A DNA stretch of 64,000 nucleotides from Octopus vulgaris (taxonomy: Eukaryota). Shown here piece after piece: positions 9,807 through 26,281 of this stretch (the stretch's first letter is position 1; every line of letters begins with the position of its first letter). The stretch lies in the NCBI GenBank assembly GCA_951406725.2, contig OX597827.1, positions 60,264,001 to 60,328,000 on the forward strand. Direction: 5' to 3'. The notes beneath the pieces were generated by a model. That model made no database searches. It saw only the letters and a list, made by a program, of their open reading frames with translations, and was not told where the DNA came from. The position numbers and the translations under genes were made by a program.

Positions 9807-11026
9807 AGCAAGTTCACAGTAACATGGGACTGTAATGGAATTGATATGTGCGATTAAACACTTCAAGGCAGTGCCCTAGTATGGTCACGGTCCAATGACC
9901 GAAACAAATATAAGATAAAGAAAGCATTCAGACAAACCCCGGTTCGAGACAGTCTCTTCATGGTCTCACGATTTCCTAGAAATAACAGCCATATCTCCCT
10001 CAAACCGCCGTCTGAAAATTAAAAAAAGCACGGAAGATAGGTTAATGATGTGGATTTAGATACATTATATCTGATGAAGAAAGAAAACGGAATGGTCACG
10101 CTTGGATCGCTGTTGGTTATATGTCTGCTTGATCAAGGTTGATTTGGTGTCAAGCATAAACTAAACTCCTGAATCTATAAAAGATTTTAATACGGGAGAG
10201 GGAAGCAATTGTGTTGTGTTTATGTCTAAGTATCTTGTGTTGCTGTCAACTGCAGTGTCATTGTCGTACGTAAAAAGCCGGCTTTACAAAACGCACTGTC
10301 ATTTGAGAAGTCGGAATTCGTCAGCGAAGCTCTAATATTTGCACCAAAACAGTGGTATCGTATAGAAGCAAGTGAAAATTAATCTCAGCCTTGTTCAATA
10401 ATCTCTAGGGATTTCTACGATATAATTTTCTCGTCCACGTTGAAAATTTAAACCAACTTGACATCTGACCAACGACTTAGCGTGATGAATACGTTTGTGA
10501 GTGTAAATAGTCGAGGATATAGTAGTAGATATTGAACCTACTAAAAACAAAGACAATAATATAACATATAAGAAACCTGAGTGGATCTATTCCCGAGCTC
10601 CTAGGCGTGTTATTTAAATTGATGTTGTTTTATAAATATATTATCAGTAATACTTTATTACATGATACTTCAGAAATAGTGCATAATGCTTGTCGAGGAC
10701 AAGTTAAGATGACAGCAATTGTCGACAAGCATTAGATCTTGTTGTATACAGTTATGTATTCGTCGTTCTATAGTATAGTCTCTCTCGTCTTCCTAAACAG
10801 AACCGTGTTTTTTTTTTTCTTTTCACCCTCTATTTTTGACGCCATAATTTCTCGCTCTTACCCTCCCATCTTTTTTTTTTTAATCCATATACCTGTCTGT
10901 TTCCATTTGTAATTTGTAATTATTAACTTAACGTGTCTGTGCATCAATAAACCAGCCGTTCTATCACAGTCTGTATATTATTATGCTACCTTGTATATGT
11001 ACGAGTGTGTTTGAATTTATGTTGAT

Positions 11027-11095
<69 letters not shown>

Positions 11096-11448
11096 CAGAC
11101 CGACAGACAGACAGACAAAGGATAGATAGATAGGCAGACATAGATATAGATATAGATGTATGTGTGTGCATATGTGTGTACGTGTGTGTGCGTGTGTGTA
11201 TGTGTGTGTGTGTATGTGTACAGACAAAAACAAATGGATGTTAGATATATAGGCGTACATATGTCGCACTTACACACGTATATAATAGATAACTACACAT
11301 TTATTATATATATATGTATATACATGTGTGTATGTATATATGTATATATGGGTGTGTGTCCATCTACAAGTCTGACTGACAAACTCTCTCTCTCTCTCTC
11401 TTTATCTATCTATCTGTCTGTCTGTCTATATGTGTGTATGTATGCTTA

Positions 11449-11482
<34 letters not shown>

Positions 11483-11581
11483 TTTATATTTATATACATT
11501 TGAATATATACATACGCACGCACACACACACACACACACATATACCGAACTCTTTAACTATATTTCTTTCTCTGTATCTAT

Positions 11582-11613
<32 letters not shown>

Positions 11614-11925
11614 ATCGCCATATATCAATCTCTCAACGCCACCATCCCGTTTACTTAAATCTATTTTAGCTTTATCATTATTTGTTTTAACGTTTCGCCT
11701 CCAGGTTGTCCATAAATATCTTCTCTGCCCAGTTCAAGTCCAGTGTGCGTGTGGCCAGACACGGTCACCATTTAACACATTGCCAACACCGATATCTTCC
11801 TACTACATTACATTACACCTTTTGCTTAAGAATTCCAAATATCTGCTGATTCATTCAATTTATATTTGCGTTCCGCCATTTTCTCGCCTTCTCCATATTT
11901 TTTCTATATCTCTTTCTTCATATAC

Positions 11926-11992
<67 letters not shown>

Positions 11993-12012
11993 CATCATCA
12001 TCATCATCATCA

Positions 12013-12043
<31 letters not shown>

Positions 12044-12048
12044 CATCA

Positions 12049-12092
<44 letters not shown>

Positions 12093-12340
12093 ATTATTAC
12101 TATTATTTTTCTTCTTCTTCTTCTTATTCTTCTTATTATTATTATTATTATTATTATTATTGTTGTTGTTATTATTATTTTTCTTCTTCTTCTTCGTCTT
12201 TCTTCTTCTTCTTCTTCGTCTTTCTTCTTCTTCTTCTTCTTCTTCTTCTTCTTCTTCTTCTTCTTCTTCTTCTTCTTCTTCTTCTTCTTCTTCTTCTTCT
12301 TCTTCTTCTTCTTCTTCTTCTTCTTCTTCTTCTTCTTCAT
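11926..12340. repeat. (ATT)/(ATC)/(CTT) microsatellite, followed by a pyrimidine-rich low-complexity tract to ~13260
   Basis: Direct reading. Confidence 0.95.
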
Positions 12341-14273
12341 ACATTTGCGGCGAGCAACATCTCTCGCATTCCTACAATTTCCATCTCAGTTTTCCATAGC
12401 TTTCAGTGATAGCCATATAACATTCTGACATTTTCTTTCGTTTTTTTTTTTTTCTTCTTTTTTTTTGTTCTTCTAACTTTTCTTTGTTGTTTTGTCTTTT
12501 GTCTTTACTTATTTTTCTTATGTTTCTATATTGTTGTTGTTATTGTTTCAGTTATTATAGTGGTTTGCATTATAGTTGTAATTCTTTTGTTTTTATTCGT
12601 TCATTATTTGCAATTTTACTCCTTCTTTCTTTCTTTTTCCTCTTTCTTTTTCTTTATTTCAATTTTTCCTTCCCTACCTCTTCCCCTTCTCTCTCTGTTT
12701 CTTCTCTGTTCTCCTCCATTTCTTTCTTTTTCTACTTCGTTCACGATTTCTTTCGTTCCCTACTTTTTTATATCTTGCTTCCTCTCTTTGTTTCTTTGTC
12801 TTTCATTCCTTATCAGCCTCTTATTCTACAATACCCTATCTTATTTTGCCTCTCACTTTTTCCTTCCTTCTTTCTTCCTTCCTTCTTTCTTATTTCCCTC
12901 CTTCATCAGTCTATTCTACACTCTCCCACTTTGTTATTCTCATTTTTATCTATTTATTTATCTAACAATCTATCTATCTATATATCTCTGTCTTTCGCTT
13001 TCTCTCTTTTACTCTCTCTCCCCTCTCTCTCTTTCTCTCCCTCCCTCCTTCTTTCTCTCTCTGTCTCCCTCTTATTCTCTTTCCCTCCTCCTCCCGCACT
13101 CTCTCTCTCTCTCTTTCTCTCTCTCATTCTCTCTTCGTTAATCCTTTTTCTTTCGTTCCTTATTTTCTTTTCTTATATATTTCTTCATCATGCCCTTCAT
13201 CTACTGTACTTTATTTTATCATTTTATCCCTTCTGTCCCCTTTCTCTGTATTTCTTTATTAATCCCTTAATCTACCTTAAATGTATATATATAAAACTAT
13301 ATGTATGTGGTATGTATGTGTGTATATGTGTATGCATGTATATATAAGTATATGTATATACATGTATGTATGCACATACGTATGTATGTATATATGTGTG
13401 TGTATTTGTGTGTGTGTGTATGAGTGTGTGTGTGGGCGCGCTAATTCCAAGATGTTGGTGACAGTTTTACCCCTAAATGACGATAATCTCTCATAAGGAT
13501 TGTGTTTTCACAGAGAAGCTCATAGACTATGTAACTTTCATGGGAACGTAGCGAAGACAAAACCACCAGTTGTCCCAGAATCCTTTGCACAGATGAGCCG
13601 AGAGTTTCATGAACACGTATTCGTCGTAAAGAGAGAAACTGTTCTCCTGTGACGATTACAACAGCGAGTAGCATATTGACATTGAAATTTACCGGAACAT
13701 ATAAAGAATGAATATGCAAGTCATTGTTGTAAAAACAAAATACTTCCAAGCCATCCTTTCATCAATTTTCTCCACCCACTATTCCTTGGAGGGGTCGTGG
13801 GGGGTTGAGACCTTCTCTGTAGAGCCCTATCAGAGGCAACCATTAATACAGAGTGTCCCCCACCAAAAAAATGTACTCACTCTTTAAAAGATAGTGTAGG
13901 GGTGGGGCTGCGAGGAAAGGGTGGCGATAAAGCGAGAGGGGGTAGGTGAAGGAGGGTAGGAGTGAAGAGAAGAAGTAGGAGAGGTGGGTGGGAGGAAGTA
14001 GATGTGAGAGGAAGAGAGAAGAAGGGAGGAGAGTTGGATGAAGATGGGAGGAGAGTTGATAAATACTTCCGTCTTCCAAATCCACTCACAAGGCTTTGAT
14101 TAGTTCGAGACTACAATACAAAACTGTTGCCCAAGGTGCCACGTAGTGGAACTAAACATGAAACCATGTATACCTTTATATTTTAATTCATGTTGCAACA
14201 CTATATTTTAATTTTAAACGTGTATTTCACTATTACATTTTCAGTATTAATAAACCTCGTCTAAACCAAATAT

Positions 14274-14502
14274 TCTTTTTTTATTTTATTTTTTACTCTA
14301 GGCACGATACCCGCAACTTGAGGGAGGAGGGGGACAATCGATTAGATCGACCCCAGGACGCAACTGGTACTTAATTTATTGATCCCGAAAGCATGAAAGG
14401 CAAAGTCGACCTCGGCGGAACTTGAACTGAGAACGTAAAGACAGACGAAATAACGCTGAGCATTTCGCCCGGCGTGCTAACGTTTCTGCCAGTTCGCCGC
14501 CT
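14274..14502 (-). mobile_element. SINE family B, full length, alternative 3' tail
   Basis: 17-bp TSD TCGTCTAAACCAAATAT (14257-14273 and 14503-14519). Confidence 0.9.
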
Positions 14503-14813
14503 TCGTCTAAACCAAATATATCACAACTATAGCAGTTTGTTGTTTGTGATATACCCTTAATCGTAATCGAAAAACGGCACAGCGGAAGTGCGAATAAAGA
14601 CGGCATCAAAATCACAATTTCAAAATGATATTAAGTCAGTTCTATGTATTGCGTATATATTTCTTATTTGAGAATATGTTTTTGTGTGCACTTATCACTC
14701 TGCTTTATATATTGCATTACTCTGTATTGCCTTACTATGTGGTCTCCTAACCGAGTCCGCTGGAGGAGCTTTCTGTGATACCCACCTGATTCTATGAATC
14801 AATATATTACATA

Positions 14814-14870
<57 letters not shown>

Positions 14871-14926
14871 AGAGAGAGAGAGAGAGAGAGAGATACATAC
14901 ATACATGCATATAGACATATAGACAG

Positions 14927-14990
<64 letters not shown>

Positions 14991-14992
<2 letters not shown>

Positions 14993-15075
14993 CCTTGTGT
15001 TCCTTTCTGCTGAAGAAAATAGGCTCAAAACGTAAAAGATTTTCTCACCTTCCCGAGCGTCAAACTAATACATGT
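14991..15075 (+). mobile_element. Degenerate HHR-element fragment related to 28148-28330
   Basis: CTTT-CTGCTGA-AGAAAATAGGCTC-AAAA-CG-TA-AAAG..CCCGAGCGTCAAACTAATACA directly after (TA)n. Confidence 0.5.
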
Positions 15076-16109
15076 GTTCCTTACGCATTCGAAAACTGAG
15101 TTGCCGATTTTGACGTATGGGGTGTCAAAAGATTCAATAATCTTTCGGCTTCCAAATAAACTTTATTTTTAGTTACATATTTTCTACGTTATCTCAACAA
15201 CCAGCTTTAGTTATTTGAAAGATACTGCTCTACAGCGACCAGGTTTCATTAGAAAGTGAAAACAGTTGCACACTTTCATTTGAACCAAAATTACAAAGTG
15301 TTGCATTACGAGAGTGACGATATGTGAATAATGAATATAATGTTATGCGCAAAGTAATGTTTCTCCGAATTAGTCACATTTATATAATAATAAAGAAAGC
15401 TGCGTATCATCTATCTATCAAATAAACTACGTTAGGGCACAACAACTCTTTTTTATTACTAAAATAACCTCGGAAACGCGGTCAGGTCGCACAATTTTGA
15501 GGTCATTTTCGGGCAATTTTTCGATTTGCATCTAATGTTTCATTTTCGTCTGATGTTTCACGTCTGAGTAGAAAACTACTCAGACAAATGTACACATAAA
15601 CACTGTTTTAGAATAAGCCACAACCAAAAAAATTTCATTCAAAGGCATTCATTTTTCTGTTATGAGGAAATACAGTCACTCGCTCTCTCTCTTTCTCTCT
15701 CACGCGCACACATGCATACAAAAAATATGTATGCATATGTATTTGTGCACATATATATGAAAGATAATGTGTGAGAAAAAGAGAGAGGGCGCGCGAGTAC
15801 CACTTAGACAAACATGACAACACACCGTCACTCGCACACACGCACACACACACACACACACGTACACACACGTTCATTTTATATACACGTACATACATTT
15901 TTCACTTTCTTCTCTTTCACTTTCTGCTCTCACTTCAAGGAAATGTTGGCTTTTCACTTTCTCCTCTCTTTCAATTTCTGCTCTCTTCAAAGCATAAATA
16001 AATAAAATCTTTTTTTGGAAATTAACGAACGATCATATGGTCCAATATGAACGACCATAATGATCGAGTTAAAAACTTTGCTGCTTCAAACAAAAAGATT
16101 CCTTTGGCA

Positions 16110-16182
<73 letters not shown>

Positions 16183-16200
16183 ACACACACTCTCTTTATG

Positions 16201-16233
<33 letters not shown>

Positions 16234-16403
16234 ATCTATCTATCTAGGTAAAACTTCTGCACGAATTATGTTATTTCTTGAAAACGTAATTTCTGGGGAA
16301 AATCGTATTAACCCACTTTTATACGATGAAAAAATACGTAGTTTGTGGTCCTTCTTAACGTAAGCACAGAGAAAGCTAATGAATCAACACGACTTCGATT
16401 ATC

Positions 16404-16460
16404 CACAGACGCGTTTCGAGATTAAAGTATTTAATTTACTTACTTCCAATCATCAGTGTA
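16404..16460 (-). ncRNA. Type-I hammerhead motif
   Basis: Minus strand: TACA-CTGATGA-TTGGAAGTA..TACTTTAATCTC-GAAA-CGCG-TC-TGTG; palindromic ACGCGT stem III and a GUC cleavage triplet. Confidence 0.65.
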
Positions 16461-16663
16461 GCATTTCCATTATAAAATTTGAAAGTGCCTAGGGTAAATA
16501 CGCACACGATCGAGCGACATCGTGCAAGAGATATCCAACCAACACTTCCAAAATTTACACAGCCGAATGTGAATATATATTTATCCCTTATATCCACGTG
16601 TATGTAACGAGCAGTACCGCAGAAAACTGCAGTATTTGATCAGGGAGTAAATTATAATTTAAA

Positions 16664-17448
16664 ATTAATAATAAAAGAGTAAAATTAATTAATTAAATTC
16701 TTTTTCTACTTACGTAGGCAAAAAGAAAAATAAGGAATCAACACGACTTCGATTGGCTATATACGCGTTTCAAGATTAACGTATTTAATTTGATGGAAGC
16801 ACTCCGTCAGTTACGACGACGAGGGTTCCGGTTAATCCGAATCAACGGAACAGCCTGCTCGTGAAATTAACGTGTAAGTGGCTGAGCACTCCACAGACAC
16901 GTGTACCCTTAACGTAGTCTCGGGGATATTCAGCGTGACACAGAGAGTGACAAGGCCGGCCCTTTGAAATACAGGTACAACAGAAACAGGAAGTAAGAGT
17001 GAGAGAAAGTTGTGGTGAAAGAGTACAGCAGGGATCACCACCATCCCCTGCCGGAGCCTCGTGGAGCTTTTAGGTGTTTTCGCTCAATAAACACTCACAA
17101 CGCCCGGTCTGGGAATCGAAACCGCGATCCTATGACCGCGAGTCCGCTGCCCTAACCACTGGGCCATTGCGCCTCCACCGTATTTAATTTATTTACTTCC
17201 CATCATCAGTGTTCTCTTTGCCTACGTAAAAAAGTGTGTTACTCTCTGAGAGATTCTTACGGTAGTAGAAAAGGGGGTTTTAAATCCTATTTCTAAATTC
17301 GGTATGTGGTGAAGCAATTAGCTAACGCCTAATTATAATTATGTTTATAATTATAGAATATTTGTATAATTTTACCTATAAATGTTATTTTAGCGTACCG
17401 ATCCACTTCGGTAAAATTATTTATTAATTAATTTTACCCTTTTATTAT

Positions 17449-17452
<4 letters not shown>
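16664..17452 (-). mobile_element. PLE-like fragment with a second HHR copy and inverted terminal pieces, interrupted by a SINE
   Basis: GAATCAACACGACTTCGATT is repeated (16381 and 16735). After removing the SINE it reads CTGATGA...GAAACGCGTA on the minus strand. Inverted pairs at 16710-16728/17212-17229 and 16664-16698/17418-17452. Confidence 0.6.
16792..17178 (-). mobile_element. tRNA-derived SINE (octopus OR-type-like), full length
   Basis: Near-identical to 33526-33914; A box TGGCCCAGTGG, B box GGTTTCGATTCC; 12-bp TSD CGTATTTAATTT (16780-16791 and 17179-17190). Confidence 0.92.
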
Positions 17453-17501
<49 letters not shown>

Positions 17502-17502
17502 T

Positions 17503-18100
17503 TATATATTATTATTATTAATATAAGGAAGTTAATATCCAAACTCATCATTAGGATATACCCGTGTGAAAATACTTAATTTATTAAAAATATATATATA
17601 TATAAATAAATATAAATATATATAAAAATATATGTAAATACGTATAAATGTCAGTATAATGTATAAATAACCAAGGAAGTATTTATGGATTTAAAGACTC
17701 TCATCAGAAGTAGTAATTTTTAATTTTTAATTTATGTTTCAAACAAACACCATTTTACAGTTTTATTTCAAATTTTTTTAAAACTATCATTCGATATATT
17801 ATACAACATTCATATTTTATATCTCTGAAGAGCAGAAGAGTTGCCTATAAATGCTTATCAATATAAGATTTCATTATAGGGACAACTCTTCTGTGAAACG
17901 ATCGTAAGATGCTTTAAATAATCAATTCAAAACTTTTAAACTATCGAATTTCTTTATACATTATACTGACATATTTTTATATATATTTATATTTATTTAT
18001 TTATATATATTTTTCATACAATAAGTATTTTCACACGGGTATATCTTTATGATGAGTTTGGATATTAATTTCCTTATATTAATAATAATAATATATTATT
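17503..18100 (+). mobile_element. Short PLE-type inverted-repeat insertion in (TA)n
   Basis: 17503-17667 is an imperfect reverse complement of 17953-18100 (AATATCCAAACTCATCAT..GATATACCCGTGTGAAAATACTTA; ATGTCAGTATAATGTATAAA); the spacer carries an HHR. Confidence 0.75.
17821..17910 (+). ncRNA. Type-I hammerhead ribozyme, canonical core, long stem II
   Basis: ATCT-CTGAAGA-GCAGAAGAGTTG-CCTATAA..CTTAT/CAAT/ATAAG..TTATAGG-GA-CAACTCTTCTGT-GAAA-CGATCG-TA-AGAT; GUA cleavage triplet at 17904-17906. Confidence 0.85.
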
Positions 18101-18226
18101 AAAAAATATATGTATATATAGCTCGTATTAAATATATAAATACTTTAATAGTATTAATATTTTGATACAATTAAACACTCAATATAAATTCAGTACATAA
18201 TATTCTTCTTGAATTTATTTACCTAT

Positions 18227-18429
18227 GTGACCTCGTGTGTACCGTTGGCGATTTTTTTCCTCTGTCTTCCCTTCTCTAGATCTTTCCTTCTCCTATGTTT
18301 CCGACGAAGAGCTCCGTTCGAAAGGTTAAACCCTCCTTCTTTCCTTCTTTCCTGAGCGTCCAATAATACTATATTTGTTCCATGTCCTCGCGTTGTTGTG
18401 TTTTTTTGTGCTTTCTTGATTGGATTAAC

Positions 18430-18430
<1 letters not shown>
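18227..18430 (+). mobile_element. Family F HHR element (HHR at 18297-18331, stem III mutated)
   Basis: Matches 881-1064; 3' end GGATTAACT abuts (TA)n. Confidence 0.8.
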
Positions 18431-18460
<30 letters not shown>

Positions 18461-18587
18461 ATGCATATATATATATATATATATATGTAGGTCCCGGGTT
18501 GATTCGGGGTTAACCACAGTAAGTAAGGTACTCAATACATATTCTTGAATGAAACAGTACTAGTCCTGTAGAAGCTCCTTCTATATA

Positions 18588-19020
<433 letters not shown>

Positions 19021-19429
19021 TATATATAAACAAATATATATATGCACATATAAGTATGTATATGTGTATGTACGTAGTATGCGCGTGTGTGTGTGTACGT
19101 AAACATGTATGTATGTTTAGATTTATACGTAACCAATCTAAACACCACCACGTTTCGTATACATAGTGTTATACAATGGGAAAACTAAACACGTAACAAA
19201 TAATGACATCAACAGTACTGATGATGATGATGATCGTGACGACGATGATGGTGAACAAGTGGAGGAGGGTGAAGAGGTGGAGGAGGGTGAAGAGGAGGAG
19301 GAGGAGGAGGAAGAGAATACTCGTTGCGTATAAGTTTGTGAAAGAGGAAGAAAGAAGACTGAAAAAGAGAGAAAAGCAATGATGAGAAACAATAAAAGGG
19401 AAAGCAAACAATACTAAAAAAGCCAACAG

Positions 19430-20310
<881 letters not shown>

Positions 20311-20895
20311 TCGATTAACTGCCCTACTGCCAACAGCTACTGTCTGATTACGGCGATATTCTACCAGACGGGAAAAAGAAAAAATATACATACATGCATA
20401 CATAGGTTTATACATACATATATAGGTAGATGCATGCATATATATAGTCACATACATGCTTATGCATATATGTGCGTGTGTTTATGCATGTGAGTATATG
20501 CATATTTATACGTATCTGTAAATGTTTGTATATGTATTCACTTACATATATATATATATATATACATATTTAATCACACACACACATGTATGTTTATATA
20601 TATATATATCTAACTTTGTATATATATATATATATATATATATAAATTCATATATATAAGCACACATATATACATATGTATATATATATAAATAAATATA
20701 TATATGTGTGTGTGCATATGTATATATACATACACACTCATACATATATACACATATATATATAGAAATACATATGTTATTTTCTTTATGCATATATATA
20801 TATATATATGTATATCTAATATACATCAATATATATGTATATATGTATTTGTGTGTATCTATATATATACGTGCATGAATACATACAGACATACA

Positions 20896-20926
<31 letters not shown>

Positions 20927-20949
20927 GTGTATGTATATATATATATATA

Positions 20950-20988
<39 letters not shown>

Positions 20989-21214
20989 ATATATATATGT
21001 ATGTTGGGGGAGGGGATTACATGTGTACAGTGAAATAAGAGACTGCAGATGATGACTTTGTTGATTAAACAAGAGAAAGAAAGAGTTGCGACAGAAAGAC
21101 ATACAGACAGACAAAAAGACAAGCAGATAGGCAGACAAACAGACAAGCAGATAGGCAGGTATATCGTCAGCCAACTGATGAGAGCAGCATTTATTTCGAT
21201 GTAAACATATTGAC

Positions 21215-21319
<105 letters not shown>

Positions 21320-21594
21320 TACATATATATGCCCCAAACATATGCACATGCGTCTACACATGCCCAAAACGTGCATACATATATATACAAATATGTATAT
21401 ACATATATTCACAAACAAAAGAACTGTTGAAAATGTAGGTCACTGTTACGCACACAGATACATACACACTTTGGATAAATACGAGCGGTATGTATGTTTG
21501 CATACATACACATAGATATACAAATACATAGATATACAGATATATAAACTTAATAAATATACATACATATAAATATACAAATGCATTTGTATAC

Positions 21595-21642
<48 letters not shown>

Positions 21643-21702
21643 ACACATGTATACGTATTATACATATATACGTACTGTTATACATGTATGCGTATATGCA
21701 TG

Positions 21703-21746
<44 letters not shown>

Positions 21747-23129
21747 TACTCACATATGCATACATCCAGCCAGGTATTCGTCCACCCAATGTTGCATACA
21801 TACTTACATTCATACATACATACATACATACATACATACATACATACATACATACATACATACATAGGCACATACATACATATATGCATACATAAATACA
21901 TACATCACATACATACATACATACATACATACATACATACATACATACATACATACATACATACATACATACATACATGCATACATGTATTTGTTCATAA
22001 ACACAGACACCACACATGCTACAAACATGCGAGAACATTCGCGCACATGCCCTGCGCACATACTGCAATAACAACATCAACAGCAACAGCAGCAACAATA
22101 ACACCAATTGATAACAATCGCAGTACCACCTCCAACACCACCACCACCACCACTGGCTCAACTACCACCACCATCACCATCACCTCCACCACCATCGCTT
22201 CCACTACCATCGCCACCATAGACAGCAGCGCCGTCTTTAGTTCTCTTGCGGCTTTATCAATAACAGCAACAGAACGCAAGGTAATCTCTACTGCAAATAA
22301 ATTTAACCACTACCACCACCACCACCACCACCGCCACCACCACCATTATCCTTATCACAACAACCGCCACCACCCACCACCATCCACCACCACCACCACT
22401 GCCAATACCATCATCAACAGAAATAGCATTAAGAACAACAGCTAACACCACAACCACAACCACCCTTACCAACATCACCAACACCACCTATTATCTTCAC
22501 TACCATAGGACAACGCCACTACAGCCCACACTACAACAACCAATACCACTACAACCAACACAGCAACCAACACTACCATATATCCTCTCTGCGAACCAGC
22601 TGCCTCATCATCACTCAACACCTCCACCATCAATGCCGCCACCGCCATCACTTGCCTTCCAATACCACCGCCCACCAACACCACCACTACCTACCTACTA
22701 CAAGCGCCACCACCCACCAATACCATCACCAGCAACACCCAGCAGCACTACCACCACCAACCAACACCAACACACCAACACCAACACCACTAATACTAGC
22801 GACACTTCCACCAATAGCACCATGACTACTAATACCACCGCCCACCAAAACAACCACTACCTACCTACTACCATCGCCACCACCCACAAATACCATCACC
22901 AGCAACACCCAGCAGCACTTCCACCACCACCATCAACACACCAACACCAACACCACCACCAATACTAATACAACCACCACAGTCAATACCAACACCACCA
23001 ACAGTGGCAGCAGTGGTGACGAGGGTAGGTGATGGTTTTAGTAGTTGTGATGGTGATGGTGTTGGTGGTGATCGTCGTGGTTTTGGTAGCTGTTTGCTGA
23101 AGTAGTAATGTGATAATTGTTGATTATAA

Positions 23130-23360
23130 GACGGTGACCTGGCAGAAACGTTAACACGCCGGTCCAAATGCCTAGCGGTATTTCATCTGCCGTTACGTTG
23201 TGAGTTCAAATTCCGTCGAGGTCGACTTTGCCTTTCATCCTTTCGGGGTCGATAAATTAAGTACCAGTTACGCACTGGGGTCGATGTAATCGACTTAATA
23301 CCTACGTCTGTCCTTTTTGTCCCCTCTGTGTTAAGCCCCTTGTGGGTAATAAAGAAATAG
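23130..23360 (+). mobile_element. SINE family B
   Basis: Full alignment by eye to 2405-2632. Confidence 0.88.
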
Positions 23361-23535
23361 GTAATTGATGATTTCTTGTAATAGCGATGCTGTGTTGCCG
23401 ATGGCATTGGTCGAGGTTTTTGCTGATGGCATTAGCACAGTTTGTGTTGGTAGTGTGTACAGTAATCCCTCGACTATCGCGGGCGCTACATTCCAAAATC
23501 CCACGATAGGTGAAAATCCGCGAAGTATTGTACTG

Positions 23536-23897
23536 AGGAGTAGGTGTGGCTGTGTGGTAAGTAGCTTGCTTACGAACCACATGGTTCCGGGTTCAGTCCC
23601 ACTGCGTGGCACCTTGGGCAAGTGTCGTCTACTATAGCCTTAGGTCGACCAAAGCCTTGTAAGTGGATTTGGTAGACGAAAACTGAAAGAAGCCCGTCGT
23701 ATATATATGTGTATGTATGTGTATATGTTTGTGTGTCTGTGTTTGTCCCCCCAACATCTCTTGACAACAGATGCTGGTGTGTTTACGTCCCCGTAACTAA
23801 AGAAGCCGATAGAATAAGTACTAGTCTTACAAATAATAAGTCCTGAGGTCGATTTGCCACAGTTAAATGACTGAAACAAGTAAAAGAGTAAAGAGTG
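23536..23897 (+). mobile_element. SINE family A
   Basis: Head, CORE-like block, internal microsatellite and AAAAGAGT tail. Confidence 0.88.
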
Positions 23898-24208
23898 AAG
23901 AGTATACATTTTTTTTTTTTTTTTTTGTTGGCAAGCATCTTTCTCTGGCGCTTGGGTTCACTTAGAAGGTACAGAACGTTTGGGCGATATCGTGGGGCTT
24001 GAAAGTAATACACAATTTTACACACAAATACAAAGCAATACCACACACACGCCTCGAGTTTCGTTTTCCATACACTATGTGCGATTCATTGTTTACTCAT
24101 CCACGGTACACTACGTATTTTCTTTTAATATATTTTAATCAATGTGTTATACAGTGCAATACTGTACTATATTTCTATGTATTAATTTAGTTTTTAGGCA
24201 TGAAAATT

Positions 24209-24259
<51 letters not shown>

Positions 24260-24321
24260 ATCGGCCGCAGAACCCCGCAATATACTGAGGAGTCCGCGAT
24301 ATAGCGAGTGATTAGTCTATG

Positions 24322-25412
<1,091 letters not shown>

Positions 25413-25625
25413 CTTTTACTCTTTTTCTCTTTTACTTGTGTCAGTCATTTGACTGCGACCATGCTGGAGCACTGCCTTTTTAGTCGAGCAAATCAACCTC
25501 AGGACTTATTCTTTGTAAGCCTTGTACTTATTCTATCGGTCTCTTTTGCCGAACCGCTAAGTTACGGGAACATAAACACACCAGCATCGGTTGTCAAGTG
25601 ATGTTGGGGGACAAACACAGACATA

Positions 25626-25679
<54 letters not shown>

Positions 25680-25796
25680 CGATGGGCTTCTTTCAGTTTT
25701 CGTCTACCAAATCCACTCACAAGGCTTTAGTCGATCTGAAGCTATAGTAGAAGACATTTGCGCAAGGTGCCACGCAGTGGGACTGAACCCGGAACC

Positions 25797-25800
<4 letters not shown>
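25413..25800 (-). mobile_element. SINE family A (5' end lost)
   Basis: Reverse complement of the family A body and tail. Confidence 0.88.
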
Positions 25801-25875
<75 letters not shown>

Positions 25876-26039
25876 TAGTGAAACTAATAGTAATAAAACT
25901 GTTAACATATATACAAACATGTATATATATTTATATAGTGAAAGTAATAAAAATGAAACTATTTAAAGTGAAAAATATTGAATGCGAAACCTTATAAACG
26001 TGGATCTATTATATTACATTACAAAAGAGGTGTTATTGT

Positions 26040-26281
26040 TTCACTTTTGACACATAATACCGAAACAGTCTAAGAGATTGCTCCAGGCTCGCATTAGGTA
26101 AGAAGTTGAAATATTTTCCGGCCCATGACACTCCATGGACCCTAAGTAATGCATGTGTAAAACTTGAATGAAATTAGTTGGGTAGTTTTCGAGTTTTAGT
26201 GATGCACACATTCTGAAACAAACACACACACAGACACACACACACACACAAACACACATTTTCAGTTTTAAATATATAGAT
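26040..26281 (-). mobile_element. Possible non-autonomous Helitron 5' end
   Basis: Minus strand begins A|TCTATATATTTAAAACTGAAAATGTGTGTTTGTGTG..., the TC start plus subterminal microsatellite typical of such elements; no 3' CTRR/hairpin identified. Confidence 0.4.

Noticed and set aside
10068-10095. CTGATGA...GAAA as a hammerhead
   Set aside because: No pairing stems.
13441-13865. Coding exon or LINE 5' region
   Set aside because: No recognisable motif with enough support; left uncalled.
15562-15585. 10-bp hairpin GTCTGAGTAG-AAAA-CTACTCAGAC as a terminator or Helitron end
   Set aside because: The hairpin is real, but there is no CTRR end, U-tract or second copy to give it a role.
24280-24320. 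CTGAGGA-GTCC partial hammerhead
   Set aside because: No closing GGAC-GAAA or stem III.
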